A stretch of 64,000 nucleotides of DNA from Octopus sinensis (Eukaryota). The notes under the pieces are model-generated. The model ran no database searches, had not been told where the DNA came from, and was given only the letters and a program-made list of their open reading frames with translations. Both the position numbers and the translations under genes were made by a program. The DNA lies in assembly GCF_006345805.1 (NCBI RefSeq), contig NC_043002.1, forward strand, positions 19,778,001 through 19,842,000, written 5' to 3'. Of the stretch, positions 52,730 through 64,000 are shown in pieces; within the stretch, counting starts at the first letter, position 1, and the number at the start of each line of letters is the position of its first letter.

Positions 52730-53600
52730 TCATTGTTATTATTATTATGATTATTATTATTATTATTGTTATTGTTGTTGTTGTTGGTGTTATTATTATT
52801 ATTATTTGATTTGACTCAGATTTGGTCTTATTCCAGGTTATTACTTGTAACCTTAGGTATCCACAAGTTTTCAGCAGTCTTTCCAGTGCTCAGAACCCTT
52901 CAGATGATCCTTGCTGTCCCTATGAAACAAACTTTCTGTAGGAACTCTACTGGGCATTCTATTCCAATCTCCTTCAGCCATTTATCTATATCTTTGCTCA
53001 CTGTTCCCAATGCACCAATTATTATAGGCATGATCTCTACTGTTCTCATGCTCCAAATTCTTCTTATTTCAAATTTTAAGGTATTGTATTTTTATTGTTT
53101 TTCTTCCTCTTTCTTTATGATCCTGGAATCAAACAGGCATGATGGGTTGATCAGTAAGCAACTTCGCTTATCTTTATCTATAATTGCTATGTCTGGTCTA
53201 TTATTTTCTAATTCTTGTCCATTTAAATAGGAAAGACCCACAAAATCTTGCATTTCTCCGACTCCAGTACTCTTTCGACTCAATGATTGTACCATGTGTT
53301 TCCAGCTTCAAATCTCCATTTCTTGCACAGTTTCCAGTGTAAAACTTTCACAACCTGATTGTGCCTCAATTTCTTATATTCTTTCTGTGCCAACATGGGG
53401 CATTCTGTCACAATGTGTGCCACTGTCTCATTCCAAGTTTCACAGGCTTTACATTTTTCTGACACATTCTCTCCCATATATTTTTTCTCAAGTTGTTTGT
53501 TTTTATCACTTGATCTTGGGCTGCTACAATTAGGCCCTCTGTTTCTTTTTTTAATTACCCCTTTTTTAACCAAACCTAGGATTTTGTTCCACATATGTCT
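52730..53600 (-). mobile_element. R4/Dong-clade LINE 3' part (copy 3) ending in (TAA)n
   Basis: CKACETWNETVAHIVTECP, HNQVVKVLHWKLC, NNRPDI and IIIGALGTV. (TTA)n on the plus strand at 52716-52805. Closely related to copy 1. Confidence 0.9.
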
Positions 53601-53735
53601 TCAGTGGATCTCAAAAATTGGCCATGCAGAGGTTTCTCTTCAATTCGTCTGATGGGGTATCAGAGCATACCCTAAAGGCAGAAGATGAGTATAAGAAAGA
53701 ACAGAGACAGATAATTTAGGAAACATGGATGGATA

Positions 53736-54119
53736 CAGGGCCAGGTTAAGACCCATAGAGGCCCTAAGCACTTAAAAGACTTTGGTGCCCTCAAGTATAT
53801 GTAAATGATTCAAAACATAAACAAAAATAATTCAAAATGTAAACAATAATAAGCCATCAAATAAATTTTTATTTTTCAAAATGGAACAAAACTAACATTA
53901 AGATGGAAAATAATGCTTATTTTTGTATACTTCCATTATATTTATATTTACTCTTTTACTCTTTTAATTGTTTCAGTCATTTCACTGCAGCCATGCTAGA
54001 GTACCGCCTTTAGTCAAGCAAATCGACCCCAGGACGTATTCTTTGGAAGCCTAGTACTTATTCTATCGGTCTCTTTTGCCGAACTGCTAAGTTACAGGGC
54101 TATAAACACAGACACACAA

Positions 54120-54167
<48 letters not shown>

Positions 54168-54562
54168 ACGATGGGCTTCTTTCAGTTTCTTTCTGCCAAA
54201 TCCACTCACAAGGCTTTGGTCGGCCCAAGGCTATAGTAGTAGACACTTGCCCAAGGTGTCATGCAGTGGGACTGAACCCGGAACCATGTGGTTGGTAAGC
54301 AAGCTACTTACCACACAGCCACTCCTGCACCTATTTGAAATTTGAAAAATTTTGTCCATTTTTTTTTAATAATTACAAAGTGTTTGATGATATTATTAAA
54401 ATTAATTTTACATAAAACTTCTGCTTCTATACTTAATAGAGATAAAGCATTATGAATATTATTTTAGAAAGTTTTAAGTGATTTCTTTCATGCCATAAAC
54501 TATTTTCATTCCTGATACCTTAAGCACATGCTTATTTTTCTTAATGGGTTAATCCAGCACTG
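53736..54562. mobile_element. hAT-type MITE containing a family A SINE (53950-54333)
   Basis: TIRs cagggccaggttaagacccat and reverse-complement cagtgctggattaacccat. 8-bp TSD gatggata / gatgggta. Confidence 0.75.
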
Positions 54563-55618
54563 GATGGGTAAGTTCACAAGAGCATGAAGCAGGAGTAACG
54601 AATGGGTAGGGAATGGACATAGGGATGAACATGGGTGCAAGCATGATCAATGGTCAAGGATGAATCTAAGTTTGGGAAGAACTTGAAGGAAAATAGGACT
54701 GGATCAGGGAGAAAGAGGTGATAAGAGGCATCGCATAAAGGGGTGATGGTGGTGGACAGCAACAGTATAATAAAACTAGCAGATAGATGAGAAAATAGAG
54801 AGATGACGAACGAGAAACACACAGTGACAGTCAGAGATATGTAGGGATGGAAATAGAAGGATAAAGGTGAGGAGGGGGCAATGATGACAGAATGGCAATG
54901 AGAGGCCATTTAGGGTAAATGGATGAGAATGCAGTGGAGGAGGATAACGTATGTATGTATGTATGTATATGTATTATGTATTCTCTATATATGCATGCAT
55001 GTAGGAAAAAAAACATTTATTCTGCAGATGTTTAATGGCATATTTTCACATACACAAACACTTACACTCAGACACACACCACACATACACACAAGAGCAT
55101 GCACGCACATATGCATACACACACACACACGTGATTACTACTGATAAACATCAAGAATATATTAATAAGGCTCGTACATTTGATATTTTGTGTCTATTCA
55201 TTTTTTTTTCTGCTAGGCTTAATTCCAACAATACAACATTAGAATAATACGATATTGCAACAATGCATTGCAACAATGATATTATTGACAAGTGCATCTA
55301 GAGAGACCTGTAAAGATCTTATCTCTTTTCCCCCTCCCTCCCCCCTCACTCTCTTTCTCTCTCTCTATCTCTCTGAAAATGCACAGTTACACAATTAGCA
55401 ACGAGAACACCCATGAATTGAATTCTTTCAAATGCCCAGAAGGGTCACAAGAAGTGGGTGACAGCTTTAGTTACTTAGCTGACCTTGTGTGCCAGCAAAC
55501 ACACACACACAACATGCACACAAAAACACATATACCGGTATGCCTCTGTGTGTGTGTGAGTGTGTACATATATATATGTACACACACACACATATGAGTA
55601 CATATATATAAATGTATA

Positions 55619-55659
<41 letters not shown>

Positions 55660-57203
55660 TATATATATAATATATATATATATATGTAAATATGCACATA
55701 ATAATAATAATAATAATAATAATAATATAATGAAGAGCTTATTATAAATAGTGCTCAGGTGCACTACAGCTTGTTAGAAAAATGTTAAAAGAGGGGACAG
55801 AGAGCAGACATATAAGTCAAGTAAAGACAGACAGCAATGAAAGGTAGAAGTACATGCACAGAATAAAACACGAAAAAGAAAGAAGAGTAAATATCAAGAG
55901 TGTGTCAGATGCGTATGTCGTTTTATGTGTGTGTATGAATATGTATATGTGTGTGTATGTGTGTTAAATAAAATGAGACAACAAAGCCAAGGCAGTGTGA
56001 AATTTCTAGGACATTTATAAAGACTGAACCTGGCTGCACTGTCTGTTTTGGCATGGCTTTTACACCTAGATGCCCTTCTTAACACTAACCACCTTACTGT
56101 ACTAATGATGATGATGATGATGAACATGATGATGACGAGCTTATTGTATACAGTGCTCAAATGCACTACAGTATATATAAATTAGTTTTTTAGCATGCCA
56201 AAACCAGGTTTCTTTCTCTAATGCTTTACATAGTTCAACCTATTCAAGTGAAAGAGTGAATAACAAAATAGGAATGTTGAAAGAAATATCTATAAAGTTA
56301 GTTTTGAACCATCAAATGGCTATGGGAGTCCAACCAGAATAAAATAGTAAACAAAAGAATACAAAAATAATAAATGGCTGAGAATCATTGGACTACACTA
56401 TCAAAGGTTTTCTTCCCTTTTTTTTTAAGATGGTATGGAATGATATTCATCATCATTTAGTGTCCGTTTTCCATGATAGCATGGGTAAGATGGTTTGACT
56501 GGAGCTGATAAGCCGGAGAGCTGTACCAGGCACCAGTCTGTTTCCATTTGGTTTCTACAGATAGATGCTCCTCCTAAAGTCAACCACTCCATAGAGTGTA
56601 CTGCATGTTTTTCACCTGTTACTGACACAGGTACCTTTTACCTGCCACTGGCACAAGTGCCTTTTATATGTCACCTTGGGAGATTTAGATACTATTTCTA
56701 ACAGACTGAGTCATCAAATAAAAGCTTCTTCAGTGGGTCATAACCTACTATCACTTCCAACATCATGTCTTATTCTGTTCCAAAGATTCTCATTTCAGCT
56801 AGTAAAACCCAGTTTGCAGTTTGTGTAATGTGTATCATCTTCAACTTACAGCTTCTTTTTTTTTTTATGCTTTCAGAACAAAAACAGACTGTACCATTAT
56901 CTATAAATGCATTTCACAATGAATTATATATAACAGTTTAATTTCTAAACGCCATTCCTCCTGACTCGTCTACATTTTTTCCTTTTTTTTTTTTTTGCGA
57001 TATATATGTGTGTATGTGCGTATATATATATAGTTAATTTATCAGTGAAGTGGATTCTGATTAAAACATTAACGAATGTCCTACTTCAGGAAAGTGGTTT
57101 GATCACTGAGATTTTATAATCTAAGTGGTCAATCGGTATTCACAAGCAGATCAATGCATACTTAGTAGTTTGTATAGTGGACACTATGCTGAGTTTCAGT
57201 GTA

Positions 57204-57234
<31 letters not shown>

Positions 57235-58369
57235 TTGCATACATGTCCCTCTATGTTTGCATATGTAGTAAATGTGTGTCTATGTATGCATTTGTGTGTA
57301 TAAGTGTATGTGTATGAGTTTGTGTGTGTGTTTAATGTCTGTGTATGTCTGCATATGTGTACTTGTAAATGTTTGTGTATGTATGTCTGTGAATGTGTGT
57401 GTGTGTGTGTATGTATGTGTGTGTGTACTTAGTGATGTTCAAGCCGTTGTTTACTTCCATGCCAGTTTTGATTTAGCAAATCTGCTATCAAACATGTTCC
57501 AGACACGAATTCTTTTGTCTTTTTACACATCAGAGATTACATTCTCCAATGTATTCTATCTTTTTAAAGTTGAAAGGGTTATAATTCTTGAGGGATTTGG
57601 CTACTGTTTCTAGCATGTCAAGTTGCCACATCAAGGTCTCCCTTGCTGGCTTGTCCTTTATATAAATGTAGGAGCATGCCTGTGTAAGTGTGTGTGTGTG
57701 TACTTAAGTGTCTTGAATCTCTCTAGACACAGGATTTATCTCTTCGCAGCAAATACAATGATGCTTGGTAATGTACAACTCAAACATCAAACAGTTGACT
57801 TAGTAGAAACCCACAAGATTATCCACTACCTTTCTTTCCAACAACAACAATTTTAGTCCCCTTTGATTTTACAAACATATTCAACCATGAACATATTATA
57901 ATATGAAAATATCAGCTCAACATCTACGACTTCCAGAAGCACATTTTTAGGATCAAAATTGTCAGTTGTCAGCTGACAAAAATTCCATGCTTCCCAAAAT
58001 TCACCAATATCATTCCAGCCATGCCTATGAACCCTTCCCTCTTTATTGCTCTTTTACTGTTCATTTTTCTACCCTGTTTTATTCTGTGTACTGTGCAAGT
58101 ATTTTTGACCATCCATTCTATCTTTCTTTACATGATTCATTGCTGCTTTCTGTCCCCTCTTTTCTCTTTTCTGATGAATTGTAGTGCATCTGAGCACTCT
58201 ATACAGTAAGCTCATTTATTACTAAACACCACTAGAAAGCTTCATTGTGCAGGTATCATCATATACAACATGGATAGCTATCAGTAATAAATTTATCTAA
58301 CCCATAATTGGATAGAAAAAACATTTTAGATATTAACAAATGAGTATATATATATATTGCTGCTGAGAC

Positions 58370-58960
58370 CCCCTTCGGTCATAACTGACCATAGGATTGC
58401 ACCAAGAAAGTTACCCTCCCAGGCACAAGTCCAGGCAAGGTTGCTTATGGAAGGTCAGCAGTCGCCCATGCATACCGGCCTCCCTTCTCCATGCTACCAG
58501 TGTTATCCAATGGATAGGCAAAGGCCAATATAGCTTGAGTGACAGGAGCAACATGAAATAAAGCGTCTTGCTCAAGAACACAACACACAGCCTGGTCCAG
58601 GAGCACTGCCTTTAGTCAAGCAAATTGACCCCAGAGCTTATTCTTTGTAAGCCTAGTACTTATTCTATCAGGCTCTTTTACCAAACCGCTAAGTTAAAGG
58701 GATGTAAACATACCAGCATCTGTTGTCAAGCGATGTTGGGGGGACAAACAAATACACAAACATACACACACACACACACACACATACACATATATGACGG
58801 GCTTCTTCCAGTTTCCGTCTACCAAATCCACTCACAAGGCTTTGGTTGGCCCAAAGCTACAGTAGAAGACACTTACCTAAGGTACCACGCAGTGGGACTG
58901 AACCTGGGACCATGTGGCTGGTAAGCAAGCTACTTACCACACAGCCACTCCTGCACCTAT
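58370..58960 (-). mobile_element. Two adjacent SINEs (58370-58602 and family A 58603-58960)
   Basis: SINE body ending in gtcttgctcaagaacacaac, abutting a family A copy. Confidence 0.7.
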
Positions 58961-59039
58961 ATGTAACTTTGTAACATGAATTCATAAAAATCAAGGCACA
59001 TCAACTTGTAGGGTGCCAGAATCTAATATACATATATAT

Positions 59040-59233
59040 TGCAGGTGGCACGTAAAAAGCACCCACTACACTCACGGAGTGGTTGGCGTTAGGAAGGGCA
59101 TCCAGCTGTAGAAACATTGCCAGATTAGACTGGAGCCTGGTGCAGCCTTCTGGCTTCCCAGAACCCTGGTCGAACCGTCCAACCCATGCTAGCATGGAGA
59201 ACAGACGTTAAACGATGATGATGATGATGATGA
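59040..59233 (+). mobile_element. Family C RTE-tail element, young
   Basis: Near-identical to 41498-41695, with the same 5' start and a (GAT)n tail. Confidence 0.85.
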
Positions 59234-59415
59234 TTGGATTCTCCCATCAGCTTCAACATATGTGTGTGTTGGTGTAAAAAGGGAACAACTCTTCTTTCAA
59301 ATGTGTTATAATTAAGACATGATTGTGTTTGGGGTCAATCTCTTTTAATAAGGATTTTTCATACTTCATTATTAATCCTTTGTGTTTAGTTTAAAACCAT
59401 ATCATTCCCAAATTT

Positions 59416-59448
59416 AACATTTTGAGACCTTCATGGTCTCATTATCAG
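59416..59448 (-). ncRNA. Decayed Penelope-type hammerhead motif
   Basis: Minus strand CTGATAA-tgagacc atgaa ggtctca-AAATGTT. The 7-bp stem II is intact. The core changes fit CpG decay of tctcgaaacgtt plus one G-to-A change. Confidence 0.5.
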
Positions 59449-59859
59449 AATGAAATAATGGTTATAATTGTTTCTTGAATTAGAAGAAGGCCTGAAATTT
59501 TGGTATAATAATAGTAATAATGACATGTTTGCATGGTTTGTAATAGGTCACAAAGGTTCCTGAGAACACAAGTCATTCTCAGCAAAATAGAGAGACTTTG
59601 TTTGCCAAAGTAGTGCAGAGAGAAGCATTTAGTGAATACTTATTACCACATCAACCTGGTTACTTCATTTGTACTTATTTCATTCATCATTAATCCACGA
59701 GGAGAAAGAGAAAGAAAAAGAGAGAGAGAGAAAGACCTCCCCTCCTTCCTGCTATGAGCTAGGGTCAATGGATTTCCTTCACATATATAAAAGATCATTA
59801 TAATAACTCTATTAGCAGAAAAATTGAACAGCTTCCAAAAATGTTGAGAATCCTAAACA

Positions 59860-60500
59860 TAAGCACATTTCTCTCTTTCTCTCTACCACGCTTTCTGTCA
59901 CAGTCTCTCTCACTTTCTCTCTCTCTCTCTTTTGCCCCTTCCCTTTCTCACTTTCTCCCTCTCTCACTTTCTCTCTCTCTCTCTCTTTTGCTCCTTCCCT
60001 CTCTCACTTTCTCTCTCTCTATCTTTTGCTCCTTCCCTCTCTCACTTTCTCTCTCTCTCTTTTGCTCCTTCCCTCTCTCTCTCTCTCTTTTGCTCCTACC
60101 CTCTCACTTTCTCTCTCTCTCTCTCTCTCTCACACATACAGTCCCAATGTACAGTCAATGCATCATCAAACCCTTTTCATCTCCACACTTACTCTCCTCT
60201 TTTGCACTTCCTCTCCAATAATCCTCTTTCCATCTTCTTTCACTACATCTCATCTTTTCTCTCCCTCATTTATAAATCTTATTCTTTCTCCCTCTCTAAA
60301 TTTCCCCAACTCTCCTTATATCCTCACTCTCTCATCTTCTCTAACTCTAACTCCTACTCAACATTCCTTTCACTTTCCTCTCCTTCACTCTCTCTTCATA
60401 TCTCACCCTTTCTCCCATTTTCTTCTCCATCTCAACCATATCATCTACTACTCCTCTCGTTCTCTCCAATATGCTCTCTTTAACACTCTCTCCCGTTCTC
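59860..60500 (+). repeat. Polypyrimidine tract with a ~36-bp (CT)-based minisatellite
   Basis: Unit ctttctctctctcttttgctccttccctctctca repeated about 5 times at 59900-60130, then C/T-rich sequence. Confidence 0.9.
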
Positions 60501-60985
60501 CACCTCACTCACTATCCATTCAAGTTGAGGGTGTATTTGTACTTTAGCTGCTTATTTCGATTAAGATTTTCTCTCCGCCCACACATAATCCCCCGCCCCA
60601 TTCCCAAATATATAGATGTTCTCTTCTTATCTAGAGACCTACATATAAACAAATCAAACAAAAAGCAGCACACATACTACATTCAGTAATACAAATATAA
60701 ATGCATATATGCACTTAAAACATATGTATATATAAATACAGATATCCCTCATGTATAAATTGTCATCATCATCATCATTACTATCATCGCCATTTAACGT
60801 CCCTTTCCCATGCTGGCATGGGATGGATGGATAGAGGGTTTGAAAGGAGCTAGTAAGGCCGGAGGCCACACTAGGCCCCATTGTCTATTTTGACAGGGTT
60901 TCTATGGTTGGATGCCCTTCCTGATGCCAACCACTTTATAGAGTGACTTGGCTGCTTTTTATGTAACACTAGCATCAGTGATTTT

Positions 60986-61028
<43 letters not shown>

Positions 61029-61045
61029 GTGTGTGTAGGGGAGTA

Positions 61046-61099
61046 TGTGTGTTTATACATACTTTATATCTATATATGTATATTTCTCTCTCCTCCCTT

Positions 61100-61165
<66 letters not shown>

Positions 61166-61219
61166 GAGGGAGGAGAGAGAAATATACATATATAGATATA
61201 AAGTATGTATAAACACACA
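61046..61219. repeat. Near-perfect palindrome centred on (TA)n
   Basis: The ~55-bp non-microsatellite parts of the arms are reverse complements with one mismatch. (GT)n and (AC)n face each other across (TA)n. Confidence 0.95.
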
Positions 61220-61771
61220 CATATATATATATATACACATTGGTTTATGTTGGATGAATGAGAAGCATGCTCAATACATGTAGAGGATTTAATTTCAATG
61301 AAAAAATTATATGCTAGGTATGCATATCTCTAGAAGAAAGAGAATTCTTTCTTTCTCTCTCTAAATACACACACACACACACACAACACATATTATATAT
61401 ATATTTTTTATTGCCCACAAGAGGCTAAACATAAAGGGGACAAACAAAGACAAAGGGATTAAATCGATTACATTGACCCCAGTGCGTAACCAGCATCGAT
61501 TGTCAAGTGATGGTGGGGAAGAAACACAGACACACAAATACATATATATATATATGTACAACAGGCTTCTTTCGGTCCCTGTCTACCAAATCCACTCACA
61601 AGGCTTTGTCGGTCTCAGGTTATAGTAAAAGACACTTGCCCAAAGTGCCATGCAGTGGGACTGAACCCAGAACCATTAGGTTGGGAAGCAAGTTTCTTAC
61701 CATACAGCCACTCCCGTGCCTATATATATATATATAATATATAATATATATATATAATATATATATATATA

Positions 61772-62294
61772 TCATCATAGTTTAATGTCTGCTTTCCATG
61801 CTGGCATGGGTTAGACGGTTTGACTGAGGGCTGGCAAGCACCAGGCTCCAATCTGATCTGGCAGAGTTTCTACTGCTGGATGCCCTTCATAATGCCAACC
61901 GCTCCTAACACATCTTCACCACTATCTTACCCCTCTTTTCTAAATGAAGTAACCCTGTATCTCCCCTACAGCTAGATGCCTGTACTTGTCACTTTATCAC
62001 ATTTCAGTCTCTCGTCATCTGGCATAAAATCTCCTCCCTCAATCTTACACACCCTTAGGGAGGTGGGGATCTCGTCTTGCGAGTTATCTGGTCCCCTCAC
62101 TAGTGCTGGTGGTGTGTAAAATGTACCCAGCACACGCTGTAAAGTGTTTGGCTTTAGGAAGGGCATCCATCTGTAGAAACACTGCCAGATCAGACTGGAG
62201 TCTGGTGCAGCCTCCTGGCTTCCCAGACCACAGTCGAACCGTCTAATCCATGCTAGCATGGAAAACGGACGTTAAACAATGATGATGGTGATGA
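61772..62294. mobile_element. Two family C arms in inverted orientation around a ~220-bp spacer
   Basis: 61772-61905 (tail on the left) and 62130-62294 (tail on the right), both flanked by (TA)n. Confidence 0.75.
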
Positions 62295-62456
62295 TATATA
62301 TATATATAGATATATATATATATATGTGTATGTATGTATGTATGTATGTATGTATGTATAACATGTATATATGTGGGTGTATCAGTATGAATACATAATA
62401 TATATATTTATATACAAATATATATTTACGCACACATGCACACACACATACACGCG

Positions 62457-62492
<36 letters not shown>

Positions 62493-62832
62493 AACATTGA
62501 AGTTTTATAATGATGTGAAAGTAAGAGAGAAGAAAAGAAATTAAGGTAGTTGTCATGAAAATTGAAGAAAAGTCTTAAAGTGCCATGTAAGTCGAATGAC
62601 AGAAAAGATGATTGAATGAACGAAGCAAAGAAAAGGAAGAGAAAAGAGAGTGAGAGAGAGAGAGAGGAGAAATATACAGGTGTTTAATGCATGTGTATCA
62701 CACAAACTAGTAGAAGTATAGGCAAAGGTAGATAGCCAGGCCAGATCTCCTTGGTAATAAGTGCACAAATATATTATAGTATTAACTAGGAAATATCTCA
62801 ATGAATGAGTTATTCCTTGGTTTGTTCTGTAG

Positions 62833-62886
62833 AGAAGGAGATTCTGTGGTTGTGCCAGAGGATTCATTTACAAAGTGAAACTGGAT
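62833..62886 (+). CDS. Candidate exon (xKEILWLCQRIHLQSETG), gene unknown
   Basis: Acceptor ttccttggtttgttctgtAG, donor GTATGT, 54 nt, phase 1-1. Confidence 0.3.
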
Positions 62887-62957
62887 GTATGTTTATTAAA
62901 CATATGTAGTGAATGTATTCATTATATATATATATATATATATATATTTGTGTGTGT

Positions 62958-62993
<36 letters not shown>

Positions 62994-63250
62994 ATACAAA
63001 TAAGAAAATGGAGAAACAATTTAGTTGGTTCATCAGCTTTCAGATATTAGAATGTTGGTTTATTTATTCATTTAACAGAAATGAGAACCTTAATAGCATA
63101 CATATATACATTGTAATTCAATACATATAAGATAAGAATACAAGTATAAAAATTTAAAACATTTGTGTATTAAGAATTTGAGTATTATACCAACAGTATA
63201 TTGGATAAATATTATCCCTTAGTGGGTTGGATCCATAACCCCTAACTTGG

Positions 63251-63297
<47 letters not shown>

Positions 63298-63619
63298 GTG
63301 TGTGTGGGTGTGTGTAAAATATATTTTCATGAGTCAGGAAAAAAAGACAGGTACTTATATATTAGGTAATAGAGGTGGTATATTATCATTATTTCTCTTG
63401 ACAGCAAATTAATATTACTGAATAGTTTCATGCAAACTAAATATGCTTTTCCGTTTAGCTCTATCTGATGATTGCTAATTTTACTTCTCCATTGCTGGAA
63501 TAAAACCATTTGGTAGTAATAATTGGCTGTCACACACACTGCAGACTGATAAGCAATTGGACAATGACAGAATTGAGAGGACCCTGCAGTCTAATCTAGC
63601 TGAAGCTGTGATAACTTCT

Positions 63620-64000
63620 GTAAGATTGATGCCATGATACAATAGAAAGTGATTGGTATAAACTGAATGGTATTAGGATGAGAATTCAGTCATGAAAAGA
63701 AACATATCAAAACAGAATGTATGAGTGAAATGTGGCTCTCCAAGCCACTATGTAGGGTTGTAACACTAACTAGGAGTTGTTGTAGAAGCAATGAAAAAGT
63801 TAGAGTGAGCACAACTGCAGACTAGAGTTTGAAATCTATTGGACGACAAAGAGAGTTTTTGCCAATTGGCCATATGGTTTTCTTTTGGATGTAGTTTTGG
63901 ATTTCATGTGTAGTGCAGCAACACTATTCCACATATGTGAGAAGTACTCCAATTGTAGGTCTGACTTGACCTTTGTAGAGAGTCAGTAGCTGATCAAAGC
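63620..64000 (-). mobile_element. Jockey/L2-CR1-like LINE 3' fragment
   Basis: Minus-strand QLLTLYKGQVRPT.EY.SH.W and IQKK.I..IG remnants, running off the window end. Confidence 0.7.

Noticed and set aside
57853-58054. ~66-codon open frame on the minus strand (HGWNDIGEFWEAWNFCQL...)
   Set aside because: It looks protein-like, but the acceptor context is purine-rich, there is no good donor, no family was recognised, and frames of this length are expected by chance.
59841-60547. Leu/Ser/Phe-rich ORFs of 126-183 aa
   Set aside because: Translation of the (CT)n polypyrimidine tract.

Overview
This is AT-rich, repeat-saturated animal genomic DNA. The SINE families and the (TA)n/(CA)n/(CAT)n load point to a coleoid cephalopod, probably Octopus (inferred, not searched). 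No intact protein-coding gene is visible. Most ORFs in the track are artefacts of microsatellites, trinucleotide tracts or SINEs. What can be supported is a layered transposon record: full-length but dead Tc1 (DD34E) and mariner (DD34D) elements with TIRs and TA TSDs, a deleted maT-like element, three R4/Dong-clade LINE pieces, RTE, CR1, Jockey/L2-like and Penelope fragments, a Helitron, two HINE-like elements, piggyBac and hAT MITEs, and dozens of SINEs from about four families. A few short plus-strand exon candidates may belong to a long-intron gene. The most interesting signals are (1) several Penelope-type minimal hammerhead ribozyme motifs, one with an intact catalytic core, (2) repeated fold-back and (TA)n-bounded duplications, (3) a 57-bp target-site duplication, (4) Dong copies that share nonsense mutations, and (5) a GC-rich Tc1 with an apparent 5'UTR intron. 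I found no prokaryote-style system such as CRISPR or a defence operon. All coordinates and identities were read by eye; element ends without a TIR or TSD are approximate.
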